Shown here: positions 25,473 to 36,554 of the stretch, piece by piece
Numbering within the stretch: position 1 is the first letter of the stretch
How the letters are laid out: each line of letters opens with the position of its first letter
From: Sarea resinae
Lineage: Eukaryota
Length of the DNA: 64,000 nt
Direction of reading: 5' to 3'
Assembly: GCA_026026165.1 (NCBI GenBank)
Contig: JAPEUD010000035.1
Location: 1 to 64,000 of the forward strand
Made by a program: the position numbers and the translations under genes
The notes under the pieces: model-generated
What the model was told of the DNA's origin: nothing
Seen by the model: only the letters and a program-made list of their open reading frames with translations
Databases searched by the model: none

Positions 25473-26833
25473 CAGGTTCTCTTTTTGGGGGATATCTTTT
25501 TGCCGCTCTTTGACGAAGATATCGATTGTAGTTGGACATACCGACACATCTGGTGTGAAGGTGGAGTTCGGGTTGTTTGGACTGTCACAGACTGCTTTAG
25601 GTGGCTTGTGTCTGCGGGATCTGACATGAAATATTCTTTCCGTTTCATCCCCGGACGTCTTCTTGACCGTACAACGGGAATTGAGAAGGTGCTCAGGGGA
25701 ATGTGAAGGGTGGATCATATGCTAGTCGCTCAATAATCTGCTGCATAGGTAGGAACGAGGCTAGGAAATCGAGAAGGGCATGCTATTCATCTGTAAATGC
25801 GACGGTATCTAGATGCTTTTTGCATCGAGTCGCTTGAATGATTCGACAGCGAGACTCTAGTCCACTGTGAAATAGTAGACTGTAGCAGTGGTAGGAGGCA
25901 TTTCAGACTGTCTCGATAGTGTCAGACTTCCAAGTTGTCTTTACAGATGTAGAAGGGGAGTACCACAATACAAGTGGATTAGTTCTGTGCATTGTGCTTA
26001 TTGCATTGCGCATCTGTTCTGCGTTGTTTGTACGCATATATAAGGACTCTGCTAATCAAACTGCATTGAGTGTCTGCTTTCAAAATCCTTGATGCGGTCA
26101 AGTTGTCTGTTGATACATACGACGTAGGTAGGGCAGCCAATTGATCATGGATGGCTTTGAGGCGAGGTGGCTCGAGGCAACCGAGGCGAGTGCCGCGAGT
26201 CGATCAGAGGAGAAGAGAAGTCGTGGCGCGCGCCCCCGCGCGACAAGTGGCGGTGGCCGGGCAGTGCAGCTTCGCGTCTGGCTAATGCTGTCACCGTGAG
26301 TGAGTGATCAATCCAAGATAGATCTTATCTACCATGCTATATCGAAGAAATCGTACTTCTCAGAAGTGCCTGGTACTTGAGGTTGGGCCTCGAGACGGGG
26401 TTCCTTGGCGGTACATGTACCTAGGCTCTTTAGGGTTAAAGCACAACATCCGAAAACACGATCCAGACAGCCCTCGACGAACTCACATGGCCAACTTGCT
26501 ATGGGCAAGTCCGACATACGACGGTCAAACTTAGTGCGACAAGTCGGACGGGACTCAGAGCGGGGACGATGAATCGCTGGAGACGAGAGCCCATTGACAC
26601 CGGTTTGTGGGTCACGATGAAGCCTGATCTGCCTGTTCCAGGGTTCGCTGGTCGGTGGCTGGGAGCATCACCAATCGCCATCGGCCAACCCACCAACCTC
26701 GCGATTGTGCGGCACCACCAACCCCCATGAAAGCCTGATTATGTCTTGCCCTCAATTAATTAATACTCTGCATTCCTCGGAAGCAGATGCATCTTTAGCA
26801 CTCCATAGCTAAGCAACTGATGTATTCTGCGCC

Positions 26834-29440
26834 ATGAGTGTCGGAGACCCGAGGATACAGGCTGTCAATGGTAAGTGGTCCTTCTTCTGGGCTGCGAGTG
26901 TGCCTATTGATACTGACAATTTCAAAGTCAGCAGGCCTCAACTGTTGCATGCTACCTCCGAGCAGTCGATCGCGGCCTCGGACGACTTCTACTCCTTCTC
27001 CGAACACGCCACCGAAGGGTCAAGTCTTGATGATGAGAGCCAGGTGACCGTCGTGCGATACCTGACTCCTCCGTCCCAGACGAGAATTACAAATACCAGT
27101 CAAGGAGAAACATCGTCTCTATCGTCTATACCGTCGACTGCGAAGCGGCTCTTTCCTCTGATGGCGCCCACTCCTCCGAGTGTCCGGATGGTCTCAGAAG
27201 GAACCGATTACAGTCAGCCACCTTCGCAAGGCTTGCTCGCGCCGCCAAAGACAAACTTTGAGGGCGAGCGGGGATTGACTCCGGGCGTGGATGATACACC
27301 TTATATCCGTTTTGCGATTGACCAACTCACGAGAGACGAGGAAGTCTCGGCCGATGGACGGGCATCCCGCGCGAGCGAGGCGTCCTACCCGGTCGACAGG
27401 ATTATTCCCGATGAAGGACTTGGCTACCTCCCCCCTAGAGCACAGCGTGCAGACAGAGAGGATCCAAGCCGAGAACTACCCAGGCGTTCGGAAGAGGGAC
27501 CAGAGGTGCAAGGTAAGACTTTGGAGCTCCTCGACCTTTGTCAGCTCACTGATTGTTGTACAGATTCGGAGGTCTTCATTCCAGTGCAGGCCCCAGAAGA
27601 CACCATTCGATACCCTCGGCTCGATTATCTGCCCGTCATTCTACGACCGCTTACACTTTGTGCTTTGATGCTGTGCTGCTGGCTGATGACGGCAGCCTTG
27701 ATATTTTGTGGAGTTTGGTCCGCAAAGCATAGTGGTCTCTGGGACTACGACGGCATTGACCGCGGACGATATTTTGTCTTCCAGTTCCTCCCCCAGATGC
27801 TTGCGTGTTTGATATTGATCTGGCTCTTTAACGTGGAAATGGCGGTCTGCCGCATCCTGCCATTTTCACATATGGCCTCGAACTCGGCCAAATCACGATC
27901 AGGCGCCCTTTTCATGGACCTGTTCCCGACAGACTTTATCCTTCCAAGACTGCGCTATTTCAGAGCTGGCGATCCAGTCATCGGCATTTGCATGCTGGTG
28001 TTCTGGTTGACGATCTTCACCATCCCGCTTCAGAGCTCCGTCTTCCAGGCCCAGTACCTAATCAGGGATGGTTCTGGCCTGTGGAGATGGACGACGGTTC
28101 GACCTATCATCTGGCTGCTGGTGGGCTTGTATGCCCTTCTGTCCGCCGCTGTGCTCGGCTTGATTGTCGCTCTCGTTACACGCCCATCGGGACTCAAGTG
28201 GGATCCAACCAGTCTAGCGGACTTGATTGTTCTCCTTCAACGGTCTAATGTCGTGGATGACTATGAAGGCTCCGAAACATTCCGGGATCAGCGAAAGTTT
28301 CGCTCGAGATTGAATGAGCGCGTCGATCGGCTGGGCTACTGGAAAACGACAAGCCAGCCCGAGAATATCTTCTACGGCATTGGAGAGGAAGGTGCTGCAA
28401 CTAGAAGATATTCCATTCAGTATGGGAGGATCTCGAGAGAGAAGCCCACGGACAGCAATCGCCAGAGCCAAGACCCGACGAATACTTCCTTTGATCTCGA
28501 GGGCCAACGAGCCCTCCTTTCCTCGGCAGACAAAACGCTTGCGAGAGAGATCTTCTCGCCAGCCGTCCGCCACCGCTACATACCTTGGTATCTCCGACCA
28601 CTCTCCATCATTACCTGGACCATCATCGCATTCGCCCTCCTCGTCGCCTTCATCACCGTCTCCTTTGTCAACCATGCCATCCAGCATGGCTTTCATCCCG
28701 GCCTCGGTGCCCAGCCTAACGCGCTCCAATTCTCGTCCGCAAACTTCCTCTATTCCTTCATCCCCTCCCTGATCGGCCTGCTTCTATTCCTCGTCTGGCA
28801 ACCGCTGGACCTCACCTTTCGCTTCCTCCAACCCTATGCCGATCTCTCCGCCCACCCAGACGGAAGTCTAGCGGAGCACTCCCTCCTTCTCGACTACCCC
28901 TCCTGTCTGCCTCTCGAAATCACCCTCAAGGCCACCGTCGCACGCCATTTCAAAGTCGCCCTCTTGTCTCTCATGTCTATCGTCTCTGCCGTCTTCCCCA
29001 TCCTCGGCGGCGGCGTCTTCTGGGCCGAGCTCTACGAGCCCGAAAACCGCGTCCGCATGACATCCGACCTGTCAGCCTTCTACGCCCTCGTCGCTTTTGC
29101 GGTTATCTACGCCATTTCACTTCTCGCGATCTGGCGTCCGGGTAGCAAGAGACATCTCCCGCATGGCGCCCGGTGTCTAGCCGAGGTCATCAGCTTTATC
29201 TATCAGAGTCCGCTCCTGGCGGATCCGGTTTTCCGCTCGCCGCGGAGTAAGACCGATCTTGTGACTAGGCTGTTGGCTGTGCCCGTGGGAGAGACCGAGA
29301 GGGCCAGATATGGGTTTGGTGTCTATCGCGGACGGGACGGACGCGAACATCTGGGTATTGATCGCGTCAAGAGACCTGGCGGTGTCGATATGATTGTCAC
29401 GCAGCAGAGGACGATGACTGGGAGGAAGACGAAGAAGTAG
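26834..29440 (+). CDS. Multi-pass membrane protein, DUF3433-like (two repeated TM blocks); probable introns 26871-26927 and 27513-27563
   Basis: TPGVDDTPYIRFAIDQLTRDEE; two hydrophobic blocks (FQFLPQMLA / LYSFIPSLIG; SGLKWDPTSLADLI / CLAEVISFIYQS). Confidence 0.75.
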   Translation: MSVGDPRIQAVNGKWSFFWAASVPIDTDNFKVSRPQLLHATSEQSIAASDDFYSFSEHATEGSSLDDESQVTVVRYLTPPSQTRITNTSQGETSSLSSIPSTAKRLFPLMAPTPPSVRMVSEGTDYSQPPSQGLLAPPKTNFEGERGLTPGVDDTPYIRFAIDQLTRDEEVSADGRASRASEASYPVDRIIPDEGLGYLPPRAQRADREDPSRELPRRSEEGPEVQGKTLELLDLCQLTDCCTDSEVFIPVQAPEDTIRYPRLDYLPVILRPLTLCALMLCCWLMTAALIFCGVWSAKHSGLWDYDGIDRGRYFVFQFLPQMLACLILIWLFNVEMAVCRILPFSHMASNSAKSRSGALFMDLFPTDFILPRLRYFRAGDPVIGICMLVFWLTIFTIPLQSSVFQAQYLIRDGSGLWRWTTVRPIIWLLVGLYALLSAAVLGLIVALVTRPSGLKWDPTSLADLIVLLQRSNVVDDYEGSETFRDQRKFRSRLNERVDRLGYWKTTSQPENIFYGIGEEGAATRRYSIQYGRISREKPTDSNRQSQDPTNTSFDLEGQRALLSSADKTLAREIFSPAVRHRYIPWYLRPLSIITWTIIAFALLVAFITVSFVNHAIQHGFHPGLGAQPNALQFSSANFLYSFIPSLIGLLLFLVWQPLDLTFRFLQPYADLSAHPDGSLAEHSLLLDYPSCLPLEITLKATVARHFKVALLSLMSIVSAVFPILGGGVFWAELYEPENRVRMTSDLSAFYALVAFAVIYAISLLAIWRPGSKRHLPHGARCLAEVISFIYQSPLLADPVFRSPRSKTDLVTRLLAVPVGETERARYGFGVYRGRDGREHLGIDRVKRPGGVDMIVTQQRTMTGRKTKK

Positions 29441-30217
29441 TACCAGGGGCTCCCCATCTCATCTTCTGCCAGACGCGTTTGCAATAGTTTTTGAGCGGTT
29501 TGGCTTGCTACTCACAGTGCTGAGACCGTTGCATTTCCAGGTGTTCTTTTTTTCGATACTTATGCTCTTTATTTCGGTGCTTGGTTTCGATTCTTATACC
29601 CTTTTATTTTCTCCGCTCGGTTCTTTGGTTTGATTGCTTTGCTTTCTGTGCTTTCCTGCTCTTTTGGGTTCATCCTATGGCGTTCACCCTGCATCTTTGT
29701 TCTATAGACTTACTTCGGGCGACCTGTTACTCTTCTACTTGGCGCGCCAGATGACGCTTTTTTGGTGGTGGTAGCTGGTTGGCTTTTGACGCGGTTTATG
29801 TTGCACGCTGGTATATATGACCTTTTGTTCGGGACGGGTGGGGGTTGGGATTAATGGTGATTGTACGAGACGAGATACGCATGTATGGATTATGGAACAA
29901 GACGCGCGATTCGCGTTCGCATTCGCGATATGATGGTGGAGATGAGTTTAGCATGAGCATGAACTTGGCATGAGCATGAGATTAGCATATGAGCACGAGC
30001 ACGAATAGATGTCTTTCTCGACGATTTTCATCATGAGAAATCCATCAGCTAGGAAACCTAGCCAGGAAAAGAATAGGGGCTGCTAATTAACGGTAGGGGC
30101 CGGGGGTCAAGCAAATCAAATAAAGAATCCGCTGAAATGTCAAAAAAAAACAAAACATCTGAATTTTGCCATGGCATCTTCTCTTTCTCGTCTCTTATCT
30201 CGAAGCTAGGATAAGAT

Positions 30218-30722
30218 ACGTCACGTCACGTCACGTCATGTTAAGTTGAGTTGAGTTGAGTTGAGCTAAGTTGAGTGTGTAGGTAGGTTAGTGTAGTGTA
30301 GTGTAGTGTAGGTTAATATTTAAAGGGGTGATTAACTAAAGGGTAAGAGTGCTTAGGGTTGTGGTTGTATTTTGTGGTTTGTAGTTTGTACTAGTGTCAC
30401 GGTAATGGATAGGATGGGATAGGATGGCTTGGTATTAGATATTAGATGTTTGAAGTCTGATATTTAGTATTTTCATATAGATGGTAATGTGTTGATAGTT
30501 GATTGTCATTAGTAGTATATACAGATATATAACCCCTTAACCCTCTCTCTCTTTCCTCTCACTTTCCTCTCTCTTACACCCTTTACTAACTCTCTCTCTC
30601 TCTCTCTCTTTTACTCTCTCTTCCTCCTCTCTCTTCTCCGCTTCCGTTTCGGTTCGGTGCCGTTCTGTTTCCGCTTCATCTTTTTTAGAAACTCATAGTC
30701 TGCCAGTTCTAATCTAATCTAA
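30218..30722. repeat. Compound microsatellite / AT-rich low-complexity tract: (CACGT)n, (GAGTT)n, (GTGTA)n, (CT)n, (CTAAT)n
   Basis: Directly visible short tandem repeats between two convergent genes. Confidence 0.8.
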
Positions 30723-31349
30723 TCAAAACTCATGCGTTAGGGGCTCGTAGGCTGGACTCGGAGGTTGGCCGTGACGTTGTGGTGGAGACATGGATGAAGA
30801 GAAGATCCTAGTATGCATTTCTTTTGTCTGTTGATTTGGAGGTCGGATGAGGTGAGCGGGCGAGGTGAGTGATTTGGAGACAGTGAAGGGGATAGTAGTG
30901 ATGGGAGCTTGTTGTTTCTCCCCCCCCCCTTTCTATTTCTATAGTTTCCATAGACGATGCTTCATTGCCGATGGAGAACGACATAGGGTAGAACCGGGAG
31001 GGAAGAGTCAAGTAGCCGGCTCGAGGAGATTGACAAGACTGGAGATGACCACAGATGAGATGAGGCGTCTGCATAGTATAGTATAGCGAATAGCAAGACT
31101 AGCCCATCCATCTTCTATCCCCGTTCTTCTCCTCGCGTCTCGCGGATGGGTCATACATCTCCCGTCATTGCGCGGTGCTGGAACGAAACCGACGGCGACG
31201 GAGAAAGAGCGCGCGTGTCGATGTGCATGGAACGCTTCAGCCAAGCCAGCCCGGCCTGCGGTTCAACGCACATGCATAGACCAGTCTCTCTTCCAATGAC
31301 ACACGGCACCGGCAGATGGCCTCGCTTTGCCAGGCCTTGCGGCTCATCT

Positions 31350-32324
31350 TCAGCCTCGGTGGGCCGGGCCGGGAGCTGCAGCCGTTCCGGGGAGCGAAGC
31401 TACAGCTGTAGCGAAATCAGGAATAGGCGTTTCGTCGCCGTCGTCGTCGTCTTCGTAGACCGATAGGTCGATGCCCAGAGCATACGCTTCCGCCTCGGCA
31501 AGCCGGCGCCATTTGGAGATCAGCGGGTGCGATTCCGTGACCTCTACGAACGTGATTTCGTCCTCGTCCTCGTCTTCGGCTCCGCCATCTACTTCCTTGG
31601 CCGCCGCCGCCGCCGCTGCTGCTCCTTGGCCTGGTGATGGGATTGCGGGGGATGCAGAAGGCGGGGAGGGCCCAGCGGAGGCAGACGAGGCAGCCGGTCT
31701 GACGTCGAACAACCATACCCCGTCGCTCCCAAAGTAGGCTGGCGAGAAGATACTCTCGGCACACAAGGCCTTGCGCGCGTCTGACAACAGCGATTTGAAT
31801 CTCTGGCCCTCGCTCCCATCCTCCTGGCCCTCCCTAGCACAGGCACTGTACAAACCCTCCAAGATCCCGAGTATACAGCCCACTCGCAGCCCCATGACCG
31901 CGCCCAGCGGCCATCCCTCGTCGAAGCCGGTCTGGATGTGCGAGCTCTTGGCACTGGCGATCCCGTCGCGGTAGCCGGCGGTCGAGTGCGTGGACCGGAG
32001 GCGCGGTATGTCCGAGGGTTCGTGATCATGTTCGCGGGCGTGCTCGTGCTCGTGACTGGGACCTTGGGTGCCTCTGCGCGAGATATCCGAGCTGGTGTCG
32101 TCCACAGATAGGCCGTTGGCGGTAGTAGTGATGGGAGACGTAGGCGGTGAGGGCGATGGCGAGCCAAAGACGTCGTCCATGGTATTATGCTCGTCGTGGT
32201 CGGTGGTGGTGGTTTCGTTGGCGTGGTATGCGGGCGCGGGTGATCCGGTTCCGCCGCCGACAAAGATTGGGTCGGGATCGGTGGCTCGAAAGGACGAGGG
32301 CGAGGCGGACACGTCGCGCATCAT
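31350..32324 (-). CDS. YAE1: Yae1 (Yae1-Lto1 adaptor for Rli1 Fe-S maturation); start 32324/32321 or later
   Basis: SDIPRLRSTHSTAGYRDGIASAK...QTGFDEGWPLGAVMGLRVGCILGILEG (GX3 repeat). Confidence 0.85.
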   Translation of the reverse strand: MMRDVSASPSSFRATDPDPIFVGGGTGSPAPAYHANETTTTDHDEHNTMDDVFGSPSPSPPTSPITTTANGLSVDDTSSDISRRGTQGPSHEHEHAREHDHEPSDIPRLRSTHSTAGYRDGIASAKSSHIQTGFDEGWPLGAVMGLRVGCILGILEGLYSACAREGQEDGSEGQRFKSLLSDARKALCAESIFSPAYFGSDGVWLFDVRPAASSASAGPSPPSASPAIPSPGQGAAAAAAAAKEVDGGAEDEDEDEITFVEVTESHPLISKWRRLAEAEAYALGIDLSVYEDDDDGDETPIPDFATAVASLPGTAAAPGPAHRG

Positions 32325-32812
32325 TGTTAAAGTGACTGTCGTAGGATCAGAAAGAGAGAATGGTGGTGGTTGACGGGCGAGTTTTGATATTTGGGGGTGT
32401 TGGTGGGGCTACGCGGGGTCTACGGAGTAGAGCCTAGGCCACCGACTCCGCGAATTCACCCTCTTCCGCTATTCACACTACGGGATGAAGCCCTGCGGAA
32501 GATCGAATTTGAGGAACGGTCGCGACAATTCCCTTTCTTTGTCAAAGCATAGATCCCAGAGTATTCTGGCGCAGGCAAGAGTGGAGATGTCCGTTCATAA
32601 GGACGGCTTCGTGAATCAAACTACGCACATATTCTTGAAGCGATTCAACTCGAGGTGTTGCAGGTGTGGGCGCCGGGCAGTGCGCAATGCTTATCACAGC
32701 CAACCAGACACCAAGAATTGACCTACTAGCCTTGCCACTTGGCTCACGGATAATAGTAAAAGATTGAATAATACTAATATATACAGGCAAAAACTCCGAT
32801 CCCCACCGAGAT

Positions 32813-34597
32813 TCACGTCGCCGATCCAAACAGCATCGTCCCACCGCCATCTCCCTTGGCCCCAGGCTGCGTATCCACCAATTCCCTCACCCGCCTCACC
32901 CTCTCCTCGACCACTTGGCTTTCTCTCGCCCATTTGCCCTCTCGGACCTCGCTGTTCTCCGAACTCCCGCCGGAAAACGGGACCCAGCTCGACCACCCGC
33001 TCGTCGCACCTCCAACAGCCGATTTGGCCTTGGCACCCTTTTCCTCTCGCGCGAGTTTCGCGACCATCTTGCTCCAGTTCTGCAGGCCCACCTCCAGACA
33101 CTCGCTGCACCTCTCTCTGCCCTCGTCGTCATCGGCGTTGGCAGGTCTCTGCTGGTCTTGGAGGTCAGAGAGGGTCGACTCGGCCACGTCGACGGCTTCG
33201 CGCGTCCAGGTCAGTCCTGCGTTCGAGGACGAGGAAGTGAAGAGGATTTCGCCAATGTAGGCCATCAGTCCTGCTTCTTCGCAGATAGAGGCAGGTGTGC
33301 GGAAAGGGGGTTCGTCGCCTGCAGGTGGAGGAGGAGGGTACGCTGGAGGACTGAGGAAGGAGAGGACGGAGGAAAAGACAGAGGGTGCGGTGGAGTCGGA
33401 TGTCGCGGGATGAGTGGTAGCTGTAGCAGATGGTGGCGGAGCTGGGAGGGCGCGGCGGGCGCGAAGGACGGATAGGAAGATCGGCAGAGCATTCGAGAGG
33501 TTCAGGGAGCGGGCGTGGTGGATCGCGAGCGAGGTGGCGGCTAGGAGGACATTGGAAGACGGAGGCGGAGAATCGGGACGGATAATAGATGTCTGCGGAT
33601 CGATAATTGCGGAGGGATCCGGCAGCGCAGAGGTTGCGATATCAAGACCCCACTTGTACATCTCTTCTGCAGAATCGGGAAGGTTTTTGAAATCAAGCCA
33701 GTCGGCGTATGCGAGGGCGGCTTCGAGTCGCTGCTTTGTGGTGAACCCTCGTGTGGTCAGGATTTTCATGTAGTATGTCTCCGGTGCTTCGAAAGCCGGA
33801 GAGCAGTCCTCTTCCCGAGGAGCCGATTTCGCTCCTGGAGGCACGGGCTTGGGACGAGGATTCGAGGGCCCGATGACGACGTCGGAGGGAAAGGCGACGT
33901 TTCTGGTGTTGTCTTTGACCCAGCCGTCGAGGTGTTCCGCGGCTCTCGCTGCGCCCATGATAGCCTCGTAGTATCCCCTGCGCCAGGCATAGGGCTTCGA
34001 TTCGATATCGAGACCCGCTCTCCCGACGCCAGGGACCAATATGCCGCCTTCCTCTTGATCCGTGAGGCCGGCCCCGTCTTTGTTTCGGTCCTCTAAGCGT
34101 CGGAGCAACTGTCTGTACATATTGCCAGTGCTAGCCCAATCGATGAGCCCAGTACCATTGGCGTCTGGCTCCTCCTGCCCTCTTGCATTCCGGTAGTTCA
34201 TCCGACTAATCCACGACCATTCCGGAGGGGATGGGTATTTGCGCTCCAAGACCTCGTTCTGGAAACCGAATGCCATCAGAAGGAGCAAAACGACGCCAGT
34301 CCAGCCGACGGCGGTGTATTTCCCGGCCAGCCATAGCTGCTGTTTGAAGTACTGCTTTCGCTCTGTGGTGATAAGACGGGAGATTTGCCACTGGCCACCG
34401 CGATGTCGCAGCGGGTATCTGCTGGAAGGCGGAGAGAGGAAGGGGAGTTGCGGGCGGGGTGTCGAGTTCGAGACGGGAAGAAGCTGGGAGTTGTGGGTGA
34501 AGAGGCGGATTCTCCGAGGATTGCGAGAGAGGTTTGGAGGCTGGAATGGGCGAAGCAGAGGGGGGACCCGCCGGATCGATAGTCGTGGCGGATGCAT
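32813..34597 (-). CDS. Conserved fungal hypothetical protein, probably mitochondrial (Arg-rich presequence, one TM, TPR-like helices)
   Basis: Uninterrupted 594-aa ORF; basic N-terminus, TM YTAVGWTGVVLLLLMAFG, helical segments such as ALAYADWL and LMAYIGEILF. Confidence 0.8.
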   Translation of the reverse strand: MHPPRLSIRRVPPLLRPFQPPNLSRNPRRIRLFTHNSQLLPVSNSTPRPQLPFLSPPSSRYPLRHRGGQWQISRLITTERKQYFKQQLWLAGKYTAVGWTGVVLLLLMAFGFQNEVLERKYPSPPEWSWISRMNYRNARGQEEPDANGTGLIDWASTGNMYRQLLRRLEDRNKDGAGLTDQEEGGILVPGVGRAGLDIESKPYAWRRGYYEAIMGAARAAEHLDGWVKDNTRNVAFPSDVVIGPSNPRPKPVPPGAKSAPREEDCSPAFEAPETYYMKILTTRGFTTKQRLEAALAYADWLDFKNLPDSAEEMYKWGLDIATSALPDPSAIIDPQTSIIRPDSPPPSSNVLLAATSLAIHHARSLNLSNALPIFLSVLRARRALPAPPPSATATTHPATSDSTAPSVFSSVLSFLSPPAYPPPPPAGDEPPFRTPASICEEAGLMAYIGEILFTSSSSNAGLTWTREAVDVAESTLSDLQDQQRPANADDDEGRERCSECLEVGLQNWSKMVAKLAREEKGAKAKSAVGGATSGWSSWVPFSGGSSENSEVREGKWARESQVVEERVRRVRELVDTQPGAKGDGGGTMLFGSAT

Positions 34598-34857
34598 GGT
34601 GTCTGGTGTTGATGAGGATAGGGAGATGAGATGCGGAGATGGTCAGTCGCTGACGATATGGATCTGTTTTCTCGCTTGCGCTGGGGAGCTCTGCTCTAAG
34701 AAAGTAGCTCTAGCAGCCAGCCAGCAACCAGAAGTGCGAGGCAGCAATATCAAGAGAATATGCACATACACATATGCACATACACTTCCACTTTTTCTCC
34801 TCCAAAGCATAGCCCAGGTCTTCTTCTTGCTCATCACCATCATCGCCACCACTAGCA

Positions 34858-35611
34858 ATGGCAGAAATATCAAATCCATCCGCTCCAGCATCTCCAGGCT
34901 CTTCCTCGCCCGAAGAACTCGCCCAGCATCTAGACCTCCTCCTCGAGCGCTATCTCCACCTGATGGACCGATACCAGACCCTCCAGCGCGATTTGATCCA
35001 GCAGACCTCCTCTGTAAGACGGCATGGGATACAGAATTCGTTGATCCAGTCTAACGCTCAACTCAACCCAGGGTTTCCTCTCGCTCTCCCAGGCCAATTT
35101 CTCTTCTACATCGCACATTCGGTACGGACAAGATTTCTACGACGACCGCATGCAAGCCTCGCGCAAAGTGTATGTCCATCCAGAACTCGTGGAAAAACAG
35201 TGAAAAGAAAGCACCACTAAAGCCACCGTTCGCAGACACATCGACGCCGCCGACCAAGACGGCTCTCCCAGATTCTCCGTCATTCATTCTCCGACCCCAC
35301 AAGTAAAACCTGCCATCAACGAAGACACCGCCAACAACGCCTTCCCCTCACCACCGTCGCCGAACACCGCGCCCAAGGCCGAACCCTCTGACCACCAGGC
35401 CTCGGAACACCAGGAAAAGGGAAAAGCAAACCCCCGCACCCAGGATCCCCTCCGCTGGTTCGGCATTCTCGTGCCCCCCGCCCTGCGTTCCGCCCAGGGC
35501 CACTTCTCCTCCGCCGTCGACACCAGCATCCCGCACCTCGCCAGCACCGTCTACGACATCGCCCTCACCGAGCAAGAGATCCGCCACGTCCGAAAGCAGC
35601 TGAAGTATTGA
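34858..35611 (+). CDS. VMA22: V-ATPase assembly factor Vma22/CCDC115, 3 exons
   Basis: LDLLLERYLHLMDRYQ...|GFLSLSQANF...RYGQDFYDDRMQA; DPLRWFGILVPPALRSAQGHF. Confidence 0.85.
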
Positions 35612-36554
35612 TTGATTCATCCAACCTAGCCAGTCCAGCCAGCCGGCCCCCTTCGACAAAAGAAGCCAGCATCAAGCAAAATCAGCAAAACTAGATCCCA
35701 AGCCCGACCCTCAAGGCTCAAGACACAGCTATGCACCTACAAGCCCTCCCCCCAAAAACAGAGTCCCAAGCGCAAAGGATGGATGCAGCCTCAATGGATC
35801 CCCCCTTTCACTCCCCCCCCCTCCCTTTTCCTAGGCAAGGTCCCGTCTCGACTGTCCTCGTCCGCGCAGGGACGTAGGTCTGTGACCCCCCCCACCACCA
35901 CCACCACCACCACCACCACCACCACCGAGTGAAGCAAAAACACGCTGCAAACAGGCAAGCAAGCAAACCTCAAGAGAGCTCGTGCGATACGACCAGACTC
36001 CGGCCGCAGCTCGAGAGGTCGTGGTGGATAGGTAGGTACGGAGATGCTGGATGGATGGGATATCACAGGGGTGTGAAACCGCCGTCGAGAAGGGAATTTT
36101 CTTGGTGCATGGCAGAGGTCCCAGGACGAGCGATGAGCAACGAGCCAATTAGGAGTGTCTAGAGGACCTAGGAGACTACAGAAAAAGACCGGAAAAGTAA
36201 AGCCTTTTAGAGTGAGGTATGTTTCACGCCAGATTAATGCATATGTATATATGTGATTATGGTACAGAGCCCAATCCCGTCTCTGATCACCGCTCCCAAT
36301 AATACACATTCCGTTCCATTCCCGGCCTCCCGACCAAAAACACGGGTAATGACCGAGTCGAGGACGTGAAAACTGGTCACGCTTTCCAGAGAAGAGAACA
36401 GACAAAGATGATGACCAAGCTGAGATGTATGATACAAAAAGGGTGTGGGGCGTGGTGGGGAGGCTGCGGCTGTGAAAGCGCGCGCTGCGCCTGCGCCTGC
36501 GCCGACCGGAGTAGGGAAGCTGGTCGTCGAGACGAGGTGCTTTCGGCGCCGGAT

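Noticed and set aside
25341..25485. Apparent glycosyltransferase-like IIYLDSDAIF exon followed by 25-31-nt 'introns'
   Set aside because: The tiny introns are really the tRNA-Pro gene; the DxD-like peptide runs into the tRNA and is probably chance.
26430..26438. TAACCCTAA on the minus strand, matching the Pezizomycotina telomerase RNA template
   Set aside because: A 9-mer is expected about 0.5 times by chance in 128 kb; I could not identify a pseudoknot or CR4/5 element, and the downstream region contains a tRNA gene.
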